From IMG/VR virus record IMGVR_UViG_3300001765_000030, positions 64,001 through 128,000 of that record: 64,000 nucleotides of DNA; one strand, written 5' to 3'. Positions within the stretch are counted from its first letter, which is position 1, and each line of letters opens with the position of its first letter. Shown in pieces: positions 57,096 through 64,000 of this stretch. This DNA is from a virus. The notes below the pieces were generated by a model. That model made no database searches. It worked only from the letters and a program-made list of their open reading frames with translations, and was not told where the DNA came from. Made by a program: the position numbers and the translations under genes.

Positions 57096-59453
57096 TTAGT
57101 CAGCACTATTATCTATAAACATCTGTTTCTTCTGGTCAGAATTCGTAAACAAATACCGAATCCAATCAGAAGTATGAACAGGGTCTGTAGCTACTAGTTT
57201 TATAAGGCATCTTGTTTTTGGATCCATTGATGTAATCTTAAGCTCCTCAGGAGTATTGGCTCCAAGTCCTTTACTACGTTTTACATCAGAACCAGCTGAA
57301 CTACTGAAGAAACTATTATTCACAAGCTTACCTTGATTATAATAAAACTCACTATATCTCAACTTAGTTCCACGACCAACAAGTCGAATTCTGCAAAGTT
57401 TGATAGTTTCAGTAATGTATTTAACGATTGGAGCTATGATATTAGTCATAAACTCTCTATCGATCTGAATATAATACTGTTCATATCCTCTACCGATATT
57501 CATTTTTCTATTACCATTTTTGAGAACTTCAAATGTTGAGCATACAAAACCATATGTTTCGAGACATTTGGTTTTACCTGCCATAATTTGTTTGAAATTC
57601 ATCGCGATGGCTTCAAGAAGCAATGGATCGATAGATAATCTTTCTGCCATAGGTTCGAGAATCTGTTCAGAGTAGTACGGGAGATTTTTAATATATTCTC
57701 TCGCAACGCCTTTTGGAAGAATTCTTCCATCTTTATCGATGATATCGAAAACTCTAATAGCTTTCTCACTCATGATTTTATACAGTTCTCTTTGAGATGA
57801 TATAAATACATCACCTTGTTTTGTAGAAAGAGTATACAGTGGCGGTTTCGCAATAAATACGTTACCATTTGCAATCAATTCCGGATAGTGAGTGTGGAAG
57901 AATGCCACAAGTAAAGATGAAATATGATACCCGTCAACGTCCGCATCTGTAAGAATAATAATTCTTTTATACCGAAGTTTACGAATATCTTTATCTTTAC
58001 CATATCCTATTCCGAGAATTTCAACAAGAGTAAATAACTCATCCGAAAACTCTTCACTTTTAATAACATTTTTAACTTTACCACGAAGTGCATACACTGC
58101 TTGGAAGTCACGATCACGGGCAGATCTCACTGTACCTGCTGCTGAATCTCCTTCGCAAAGGAATATTTCCCCACGTTCAGGATCAGTTTTGTTACAGTCT
58201 GAGAACTTCTTAACATCGATTTTACGGAAAAGATCTGTACGGCTTGAAGATCCTGCTTTAAGAATGTTATTCTTAATCTTAGACGCTTCATATTTTGCAA
58301 TCGCTAGTTTTGCACAATATTGTCCGATTTTATCAATTGATTCTTTATCAGATTCAATCCAACGCTTGATCTCTTCCTTAATGATAGGAACTACCGTAGG
58401 TCGATATTCAAGAGAAGTAAACTCGGTTTTCTGTTGAGATCTATATTCAGCGTGTTGTTGTTCAGCAATCACGATAAAGAATAAACAATCTGAAATCTCA
58501 TTTCCAGTAATTTTCACTTTACCGAGAAGAGATTTAGGAATGTAATTACATTTATTGAGATGGGATGTTAGAATTCCCATTGCTTCTGACAAAGATTTGA
58601 CGTGTTCTCCACCATCTTTTGTAAAGATACCATTCACATATGAAATGTTTCCGGCACCTTTTTGAGTAAACCCAAACATGATGTTATACCCTACAGTACG
58701 ACGATCATTAATATATGAAATATTACAAGGTTTTCCGATAGGTTTGAGATCACGACGTTTGTGTTCTTTATTGTAATAATCTACAACTCCATTTGGATGA
58801 TAAAAGGTTTCAGCCTTTTCATCATTCCATTTGAAAGTAAGTTTTACTCCAGGAGTTACCATTGATGTAACTTCAATAAAGTTTCGATATTCTGAACGTT
58901 TACTCGAGATATCGATTTCTCTCATAACTTCAATATCAGGGATCCAACTCACTATAGTTCCAGATGGCCCATTATATTTCTCAATGTGAACAGGTTCTAT
59001 TTGGACACCGGCATCAAATTTTGCAGTATGAGATTCGCCATCTCTTTTGGAAGTTGCTACAAAGTTTCTAGATACCGCTGTCACAAGAGTTATTCCTACA
59101 CCATTAACGCCACCAGATATTTGATAACCTGAATTTTCTTGACCGGCAATATCTCCCATTTTACCAGAAGTATTCATTTTCGTAAGAATTCTTACAAGTT
59201 TACCTTGAGGAATTCCGCGCCCTCTGTCTCTAACAGTGAATACTGGACCAAGTGGGTTGATATTTGTATTTATTTCGATGTCGATCGTATCGCCAAAGCC
59301 AACAATAAATTCGTCAATAGAGTTTGCAAAAACCTCTTGTAATAGGTGAAATACACCGTCAAGACCAATCTTACCATTCAGCATTGGACGTTTTCTTAGA
59401 GCTTCTAATTCTGAAAGCTCTACGATATGGTCGTCAGTATAATTTGAACTCAT
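57096..59453 (-). CDS. gyrB: Type IIA topoisomerase subunit B (GyrB-like)
   Basis: Start moved to ATG 59453 behind AAGGAG; GHKL EVFANSIDE, DRGRGIP, GGVNGVG; TOPRIM EGDSA, LRGK, DADVDG; C-terminal KGLG. Confidence 0.95.
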   Translation of the reverse strand: MSSNYTDDHIVELSELEALRKRPMLNGKIGLDGVFHLLQEVFANSIDEFIVGFGDTIDIEINTNINPLGPVFTVRDRGRGIPQGKLVRILTKMNTSGKMGDIAGQENSGYQISGGVNGVGITLVTAVSRNFVATSKRDGESHTAKFDAGVQIEPVHIEKYNGPSGTIVSWIPDIEVMREIDISSKRSEYRNFIEVTSMVTPGVKLTFKWNDEKAETFYHPNGVVDYYNKEHKRRDLKPIGKPCNISYINDRRTVGYNIMFGFTQKGAGNISYVNGIFTKDGGEHVKSLSEAMGILTSHLNKCNYIPKSLLGKVKITGNEISDCLFFIVIAEQQHAEYRSQQKTEFTSLEYRPTVVPIIKEEIKRWIESDKESIDKIGQYCAKLAIAKYEASKIKNNILKAGSSSRTDLFRKIDVKKFSDCNKTDPERGEIFLCEGDSAAGTVRSARDRDFQAVYALRGKVKNVIKSEEFSDELFTLVEILGIGYGKDKDIRKLRYKRIIILTDADVDGYHISSLLVAFFHTHYPELIANGNVFIAKPPLYTLSTKQGDVFISSQRELYKIMSEKAIRVFDIIDKDGRILPKGVAREYIKNLPYYSEQILEPMAERLSIDPLLLEAIAMNFKQIMAGKTKCLETYGFVCSTFEVLKNGNRKMNIGRGYEQYYIQIDREFMTNIIAPIVKYITETIKLCRIRLVGRGTKLRYSEFYYNQGKLVNNSFFSSSAGSDVKRSKGLGANTPEELKITSMDPKTRCLIKLVATDPVHTSDWIRYLFTNSDQKKQMFIDNSAD

Positions 59454-59512
59454 TCTACTAAACTCCTTAAGTTTGTTACGTTTCAATGTTTAAGCCATTT
59501 TACATTTATATC

Positions 59513-59529
59513 CATTATCTTATATATAA
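59513..59529 (-). promoter_or_regulatory. Putative early promoter
   Basis: CATTATCTTATATATAA on plus strand. Confidence 0.5.
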
Positions 59530-59556
59530 TCCAACCGCCATTTCAAGAAATAAAAA

Positions 59557-59586
59557 AAAAGATGAGAGAATTAACTCCCATCTTTT
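59557..59586 (-). terminator. Intrinsic terminator (one mismatch)
   Basis: AAAAGATGAGA...CTCCCATCTTTT with A-tract on left. Confidence 0.75.
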
Positions 59587-59590
59587 ATAA

Positions 59591-60100
59591 TCATACACTC
59601 CGAAGAACTGTATGGAATTCTCCAAATCTACGATAACGGTATTTCATTTGGTTCAGAGTAATCACAAGTTTGTTCCCAAGAACGTTCAATTCAATTGTAT
59701 CGCCCTCAAGCTTTCCTTCGAAATATTCGCGAGGAAAATACGTATTCATCCGTTTACATGGGAAATCATCCTGCTCATACTGAGCACCATTTCCAGGAAG
59801 AACTTCATCGGGAATGAAATGATCCTGCCAGTTCTCTGAACCAAGACCTGTGATCCAGCATTGGACAACGTCCTCTCCCGCGGAAATTTCGATTCGACCA
59901 TCTTTGTCGAGATCCTTATCATAAACTTTCATATCCCACAAAGGATATTGACGTGTCGGACGGGTTTCATTTTCCGCTCTTATATGACTTTGTACATTAG
60001 GGATGATAAAGATATCAACCCCGGTAATGATTTCATAATTTTTAACATCACCATTTGAATTTGCGGTAGCAGGTTTTGTTGGGTCGTAAGTAAATTCCAT
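59591..60100 (-). CDS. Hypothetical protein
   Basis: Start moved to ATG 60100 (MEFTYDP) behind AAGGAG. Confidence 0.75.
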   Translation of the reverse strand: MEFTYDPTKPATANSNGDVKNYEIITGVDIFIIPNVQSHIRAENETRPTRQYPLWDMKVYDKDLDKDGRIEISAGEDVVQCWITGLGSENWQDHFIPDEVLPGNGAQYEQDDFPCKRMNTYFPREYFEGKLEGDTIELNVLGNKLVITLNQMKYRYRRFGEFHTVLRSV

Positions 60101-60172
60101 AATAAGCTCCTTATTTTGTTTTATAATATAGGTGTAAAACATTCGATTTACACCTACGTGAATTGGTACTGG

Positions 60173-60442
60173 TTATGCACAATATCTTGTAAATTTAACA
60201 CTTGATGTTGAAATTGAAATATTAGCAATTGTTTTAATATACAATATTTTCATCGCATCGACAATTTCATTCGACTTTGCGACTGATACAATTAGAAGCA
60301 TTGATTCTTTTGAGAGTTTATCCTCATACGTGTGAGCACCTTCATAATCATTTCTAAATGCACAATGCTTCACATTATTGTATAAGCCGCTCAGAATATC
60401 AATCTGATCATTGACCTCATCGACAGTTATAGATTTTTCCAT
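60173..60442 (-). CDS. Hypothetical protein
   Basis: Start moved to ATG 60442 (MEKSITV) behind AAGGAG. Confidence 0.7.
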   Translation of the reverse strand: MEKSITVDEVNDQIDILSGLYNNVKHCAFRNDYEGAHTYEDKLSKESMLLIVSVAKSNEIVDAMKILYIKTIANISISTSSVKFTRYCA

Positions 60443-60452
60443 AATAAACTCC

Positions 60453-61541
60453 TTAAATGTATTTTGAAACGGTTCCAGCAGATGCGAAGATATACCCGTT
60501 ATAAGGCTTAACATCATCTTCACGGATACGTCTGTAAACTGTAGACTTGTCAAAATCAGCAGTATCTAAAACAGCCACTCTCATAGCTTCTCTAAGAGAT
60601 GGTTCATTCGCAATTACAACCGCACCTTCTCTTGTTACTTCGAGAATCACAACCCAATCTTCAAGTTTTGCGATTGATTTCACAACAAGTCCGACTTTAA
60701 GTTTATTCTTAATAATCTCGGGTTCCGGAGAATACAATCCTGAGAAATCAAAATCAATTGGCACATCTTTAGATTTCGGACCAGCAATGAATGCTCCCGG
60801 AAATTTATCAATTTGTCGATTCTTTTCTTCAGGTGTAAGTGTTGAAAGCCCGTATTGTTTTTTACTTTGATCTATATGATCACCAATACGTAATCGTTCA
60901 GAATCGTCAATAATACGATTTTTCTTCTTAGTTGTCAAAGTTTTAATAATATCTTTTGGTTCAACTTTGAACATCTCCTCAAGAGTTGCAACGTTCATAG
61001 ATTCATTAAGTTTCACCTTTTTGAAACTCATCCAAACGGTATCATGACCTGTTCTTGATACATTCAACTGAGTGTCTATACAGTTCAAAATCTTTGTAAC
61101 AGGAATCTTTGTCACCTTAGATGCTTCAAAGATATTTGGAAATGAAGCTTTTGATACAGGGTTTATGCACCCATCTTTGTATGTAATAACTTCAATTCGA
61201 TCCATTTGTTCGATCGAAATTCCTTCTGTAAGAGTTTCTTCATCTCCGAAATGCATCGGAATGTTAAACCGTTTGAAGTAATCTCTCAAGTCTCCAGCTT
61301 CTGCATCAAACATTATGCACATATCTGAGAAGCTCATTTTAAGAGCATATGCATCTCTTACGTCTGCGTAAAACTTTGATCTTCCTCCCGAATAGTATCT
61401 TAACTCAATGCCTACAACTTTTTCAACAATTTCTTTCGAAGTTTTAAGTTGTACACAAACCTGTTTAACGGATTTCCCAGATTTTAAAAGATCTAGAATA
61501 ATCCCTTTGTCATTCTCGGTAACATTAGCTATACGACCCAT
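60453..61541 (-). CDS. Multi-HTH / NUMOD1-like DNA-binding protein
   Basis: Start moved to ATG 61541 behind GGAGG; N-terminal HTH; SFPNIFEASKVT...I..C and PSLREA...STVYRRI...YNGYIF modules. Confidence 0.6.
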   Translation of the reverse strand: MGRIANVTENDKGIILDLLKSGKSVKQVCVQLKTSKEIVEKVVGIELRYYSGGRSKFYADVRDAYALKMSFSDMCIMFDAEAGDLRDYFKRFNIPMHFGDEETLTEGISIEQMDRIEVITYKDGCINPVSKASFPNIFEASKVTKIPVTKILNCIDTQLNVSRTGHDTVWMSFKKVKLNESMNVATLEEMFKVEPKDIIKTLTTKKKNRIIDDSERLRIGDHIDQSKKQYGLSTLTPEEKNRQIDKFPGAFIAGPKSKDVPIDFDFSGLYSPEPEIIKNKLKVGLVVKSIAKLEDWVVILEVTREGAVVIANEPSLREAMRVAVLDTADFDKSTVYRRIREDDVKPYNGYIFASAGTVSKYI

Positions 61542-61602
61542 ACACGCCTCCACGTTATTTGTTTATTTGTAGAACCATAGAAAAACTTACTATATCTCTA
61601 CT

Positions 61603-61619
61603 CATAATTAAATATATAC
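61603..61619 (-). promoter_or_regulatory. Putative early promoter
   Basis: CTCATAATTAAATATATA is identical at 61601, 62912 and 63929. Confidence 0.65.
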
Positions 61620-61642
61620 TCAAAAATAAAATTGAAAAATCG

Positions 61643-61668
61643 ATAGTAGGGGATCTCTCCCCTACTAT
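61643..61668 (-). terminator. Intrinsic terminator
   Basis: ATAGTAGGGGA-tctc-TCCCCTACTAT. Confidence 0.85.
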
Positions 61669-61673
61669 ATAAT

Positions 61674-62309
61674 TTACGCAAGATTCTTTTTTACGATCGG
61701 GAGCAACTTTGTATAATTGGCAATACGCTTTTCAAGACCGTGATATCCGCCATTTATCGCTTTAGTCTGACCTTTGATGTCATTCTTATCAATATACGAA
61801 TTACAATTTCCACGTTCATTCCAGAACCAAATAGCTGACCGGAAGATACCTTCAAGAGTCTCACAATATACTGTAGTTTCATCGAGAGTTTTACCCAAAG
61901 ATTTTGCAAGAGCAGTATAGTTAGATTTACCAGTTATTTGAATTGCTCCACGACCACGGAACTTCCACCCGTCACCAGATGCTTCATTTCCATTACCAAG
62001 ATTAGCACGCCCATATACTTTGTTCGCAATAGCCTGAGAATTGCGAGCATATTTAACCGCTTGTTCGGGAGTAAAATATTTTGGAAATATTTCAAGAAGA
62101 CGCGGTGCAGAATAGTTAAGATTTTCAACATATCTTGTAAAGTTACCGGATTCAACAGCAGTTTGCGCAATAAATGATGCAGCACGTTCAGGAGTATCAA
62201 TACCATTTGCGATCAAAAGACTGTTGAATTGAGCTGTAGTATCGATTGGATCTTTACATGCCTTGAACAATGATTTGAATTGTTCAACAGTAATTACTTG
62301 TTTTGACAT
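61674..62309 (-). CDS. Glycoside hydrolase family 19 endolysin
   Basis: FIAQTAVES, ENLNYS, GNGNEASGDGWKFRGRGAIQITGKSNY, WFW, INGGYHGL. Confidence 0.95.
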   Translation of the reverse strand: MSKQVITVEQFKSLFKACKDPIDTTAQFNSLLIANGIDTPERAASFIAQTAVESGNFTRYVENLNYSAPRLLEIFPKYFTPEQAVKYARNSQAIANKVYGRANLGNGNEASGDGWKFRGRGAIQITGKSNYTALAKSLGKTLDETTVYCETLEGIFRSAIWFWNERGNCNSYIDKNDIKGQTKAINGGYHGLEKRIANYTKLLPIVKKNLA

Positions 62310-62335
62310 AATATCCTTCTTTCTAAGAAAAAAAA

Positions 62336-62581
62336 TTAAAGTTTGAAAATAGAGAGTTCGCCATTTAGGACTTTGAATCTATTACCGAAAGTTATAAAAT
62401 AACTTCCGGGATTAAGATTTGGTTCGAGCTCTCTGATTTTTCGAATTAAAACTGCGAGGAGCCCATCGTTATTCTCAACGATAGGCTCATATGAAACTTC
62501 TTTATTTGGATGTCCATTCTCTAGAACAAAGAATTTGTCACCCTCAAGCTTGATAATTTCCTGTTTCATCGCATAACTCAC
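62336..62581 (-). CDS. Hypothetical protein (probable start ATG 62569)
   Basis: ORF track; GGTGAG RBS before ATG 62569. Confidence 0.6.
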   Translation of the reverse strand: MSYAMKQEIIKLEGDKFFVLENGHPNKEVSYEPIVENNDGLLAVLIRKIRELEPNLNPGSYFITFGNRFKVLNGELSIFKL

Positions 62582-62876
62582 CGGTTAAATTGTTTATTCG
62601 TAACGTCTTCCAGTCTCCTGTTGAGATGTTTTCATCCGCATACTGAGATATTAAAGACTCACCTTTTTTGGTCAATTTGAATGATACAATCTCGTCATTC
62701 ACACTTTTAATATTTACGAGTTCACCCTCATTTGAGAACTCAACATTTGAAAAGATTTCAAGTTTCCCAGGAACAGTTGATTCTGGTCTGAACCATGTAT
62801 CAGGGTTAGCTTCAGTTGACAAAGCTATACGGAGTCGCTCAGGGAATTTGGTAATTTTTAGATTAAAAATAGACAT
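62544..62876 (-). CDS. Hypothetical protein
   Basis: Start moved to ATG 62876 behind GGAG. Confidence 0.7.
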   Translation of the reverse strand: MSIFNLKITKFPERLRIALSTEANPDTWFRPESTVPGKLEIFSNVEFSNEGELVNIKSVNDEIVSFKLTKKGESLISQYADENISTGDWKTLRINNLTGELCDETGNYQA

Positions 62877-62913
62877 ATATTTCTCCAATTGTTGTTTTAT
62901 TGTTATACTATCT

Positions 62914-62930
62914 CATAATTAAATATATAG
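62914..62930 (-). promoter_or_regulatory. Putative early promoter
   Basis: CATAATTAAATATATAG on plus strand. Confidence 0.65.
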
Positions 62931-62960
62931 TTCAAAACGAAGTTCAAAAATGTAAAAAGA

Positions 62961-62976
62961 TGAGGACGAATCCTCA
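62961..62976 (-). terminator. Intrinsic terminator
   Basis: TGAGGA-cgaa-TCCTCA with A-tract on left. Confidence 0.7.
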
Positions 62977-62982
62977 CCATAT

Positions 62983-63525
62983 TTATTGGAATTTTGTATT
63001 CAAATATGATATAATGAAATCATATTCTTCTTTATCCATCTTCAATCCCCACTTATATTTGACAGTTACCCAATCAATTATATAGGAATCTTTGTTTATT
63101 TTAGGCATCCATTTAGATGGATCTTTGGCACCCTTAGACCTATTCGAAGCGATTGACACAGCATGTAAATGTTTTGTATCGCTAATATTATTGAAGAAAT
63201 TAATCTTTTTATTCTTATCCCAAAGATACCCGCCAGACATATTCGCTTCAGATACTGGAACAAAATGGTCAATGTCTATAAGACTTGCACCTCTAATAGT
63301 ATCTCCACTGTAGATATCTATCCACATTCCTTTAACAATCTTTCCATTGACATATGTAGTACTTTCCGAAGATGCAATATTATCTCGAATCAAAACTTCT
63401 TGTCTTGTATTCTGACCATCTTTATCGGAATCTATCCAAGTTCCCCATGAAGATCTATCATACGTTGGCATCGTTTGACACAGTATACTTGAGAGTAATA
63501 CTAAGATTGATAAAATAACTTTCAT
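62983..63525 (-). CDS. Secreted DUF1524/HNH-family nuclease
   Basis: Start moved to ATG 63525 behind AAGGAG; signal peptide MKVILSILVLLSSILC; W.D.D.DG.NTRQEVL.RD, DIDHFVP, LHAVS..SNRSKG.KDP..WMP. Confidence 0.9.
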   Translation of the reverse strand: MKVILSILVLLSSILCQTMPTYDRSSWGTWIDSDKDGQNTRQEVLIRDNIASSESTTYVNGKIVKGMWIDIYSGDTIRGASLIDIDHFVPVSEANMSGGYLWDKNKKINFFNNISDTKHLHAVSIASNRSKGAKDPSKWMPKINKDSYIIDWVTVKYKWGLKMDKEEYDFIISYLNTKFQ

Positions 63526-63540
63526 AAATATCTCCTTGTT

Positions 63541-63890
63541 AAAAAAATAAGGAGGGTGAATAACCGCCCTCCTATCTCTCGCACCGTTCGACCGTACGAT
63601 GTTGCGAAAACCATCTTGGTACGGTAAGTGATGGTCCACTAAAAATGTCCGTCACCATAGGACTCATCTATGGATTTGGGTTGAGTAATTATTATTTACG
63701 AATACTCAGACTAGACTCAACACATCTGATCGCACCCTGTCTAGGCGGGTTATAATGACCAACTTTATCCATTCACACGACTGGAATCGTAGAAGCTAGT
63801 TGGAACTCTACAGCAACATCAAATGTATCTAGACATACAATTGATTGATAAATGATTATTAATCAGCGAAAAAACTAATCATTTATCAAT
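63541..63890 (-). ncRNA. Candidate structured non-coding RNA (about 350 nt)
   Basis: No credible long ORF; GC above background; nine helices incl. two crossing pairs; flanked by promoter motifs and an intrinsic terminator. Confidence 0.55.
63550..63573 (-). terminator. Intrinsic terminator
   Basis: AGGAGGG...CCCTCCT with A-tract on left. Confidence 0.8.
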
Positions 63891-63930
63891 ACATTGTTTA
63901 AGCAGATATACATATAAATATACATCTACT

Positions 63931-63947
63931 CATAATTAAATATATAA
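63931..63947 (-). promoter_or_regulatory. Putative early promoter
   Basis: CATAATTAAATATATAA on plus strand. Confidence 0.65.
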
Positions 63948-63978
63948 CCATAAATTCGATTTAAATAATAAAAAAAAT

Positions 63979-63990
63979 AGCCCGAAGGCT
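63979..63990 (-). terminator. Probable terminator of a gene beyond the window
   Basis: AGCC-cgaa-GGCT with A-tract on left. Confidence 0.55.
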
Positions 63991-64000
63991 CTTATTTTAA

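Noticed and set aside
19902-59453. Inteins or group I introns in terL, the RNAP subunit or gyrB
   Set aside because: Motifs are colinear at normal lengths; no C/S...HN intein ends, embedded endonuclease or non-coding interruption was seen
60173-60553. Overlap of 60173-60553 with 60453-61553 as a frameshift
   Set aside because: ATG 60442 with AAGGAG removes the overlap, leaving two ordinary genes
801-63450. Many ORF-track entries antisense to or nested in longer genes (e.g. 11211-11594, 20172-20636, 26847-27461, 31931-32614, 36098-36682)
   Set aside because: They lack an RBS or promoter and are shadows expected from the strong codon bias of the real genes
63580-63600. GTTCGA as a tRNA or tmRNA T-loop (also at 62421 and 33495)
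   Set aside because: Flanks do not form a 5-bp T stem, no acceptor stem or CCA end is present, and the other two lie in coding sequence
63526-63639. N-terminal extensions in the ORF track (63639, 55361, 59486, 44553, 19863, 7881, 8488)
   Set aside because: They run through terminators, promoters or upstream genes, and a downstream ATG has a clear SD in each case
63646-63671. Hammerhead-like TAGATGAGTCC...GGAC on the minus strand
   Set aside because: The core needs CUGAUGA and GAAA; here it is UAGAUGA and GGAC is followed by AUUU
4147-63990. Recurring hairpins as a CRISPR array or REP/IS ends
   Set aside because: They are dispersed singly at gene ends, vary in sequence, have no regular spacers, and no cas or transposase gene is present
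1-64000. Alternative genetic code (stop-codon reassignment)
   Set aside because: Terminase, sheath, RNAP, GyrB and the 995-aa gene are intact under the standard code, and TAA, TAG and TGA all end genes at sensible places
1-64000. Phage nucleus shell (chimallin), PhuZ tubulin, major capsid or portal genes
   Set aside because: No ORF showed motifs I could recognise; absence from this window says nothing about the rest of the genome

Overview
64-kb segment of an AT-rich (spot counts about 30-35% GC) phiKZ/AR9-related jumbo myophage, translated with the standard code. Coordinates 1-13.7 kb are mostly small minus-strand orphan ORFs, plus a signal-peptide lysozyme, an HD hydrolase, a HAD phosphatase and a decayed HNH endonuclease. 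Coordinates 15.5-50.4 kb are a virion module: large terminase, tail sheath and tube, baseplate-like proteins, the virion RNAP beta-prime C-terminal subunit and many S/A/G-x-E-bearing head proteins. That module is interrupted by small antisense cassettes with their own promoter and terminator. Coordinates 50.4-64 kb hold an AR9 gp226-like sigma subunit, GyrB, a GH19 endolysin, a secreted DUF1524 nuclease and a structured non-coding region of about 350 nt. Two promoter classes and about 26 related terminator hairpins are readable by eye. The best leads are a candidate programmed -1 frameshift at 18759, a candidate pseudoknotted ncRNA at 63541-63890, and antisense mini-cassettes that share a promoter and a leader hairpin. 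I saw no tRNA, rRNA, CRISPR array, integrase, transposase, major capsid or portal gene. All family calls are from motif recognition and recalled sequences, not database searches.
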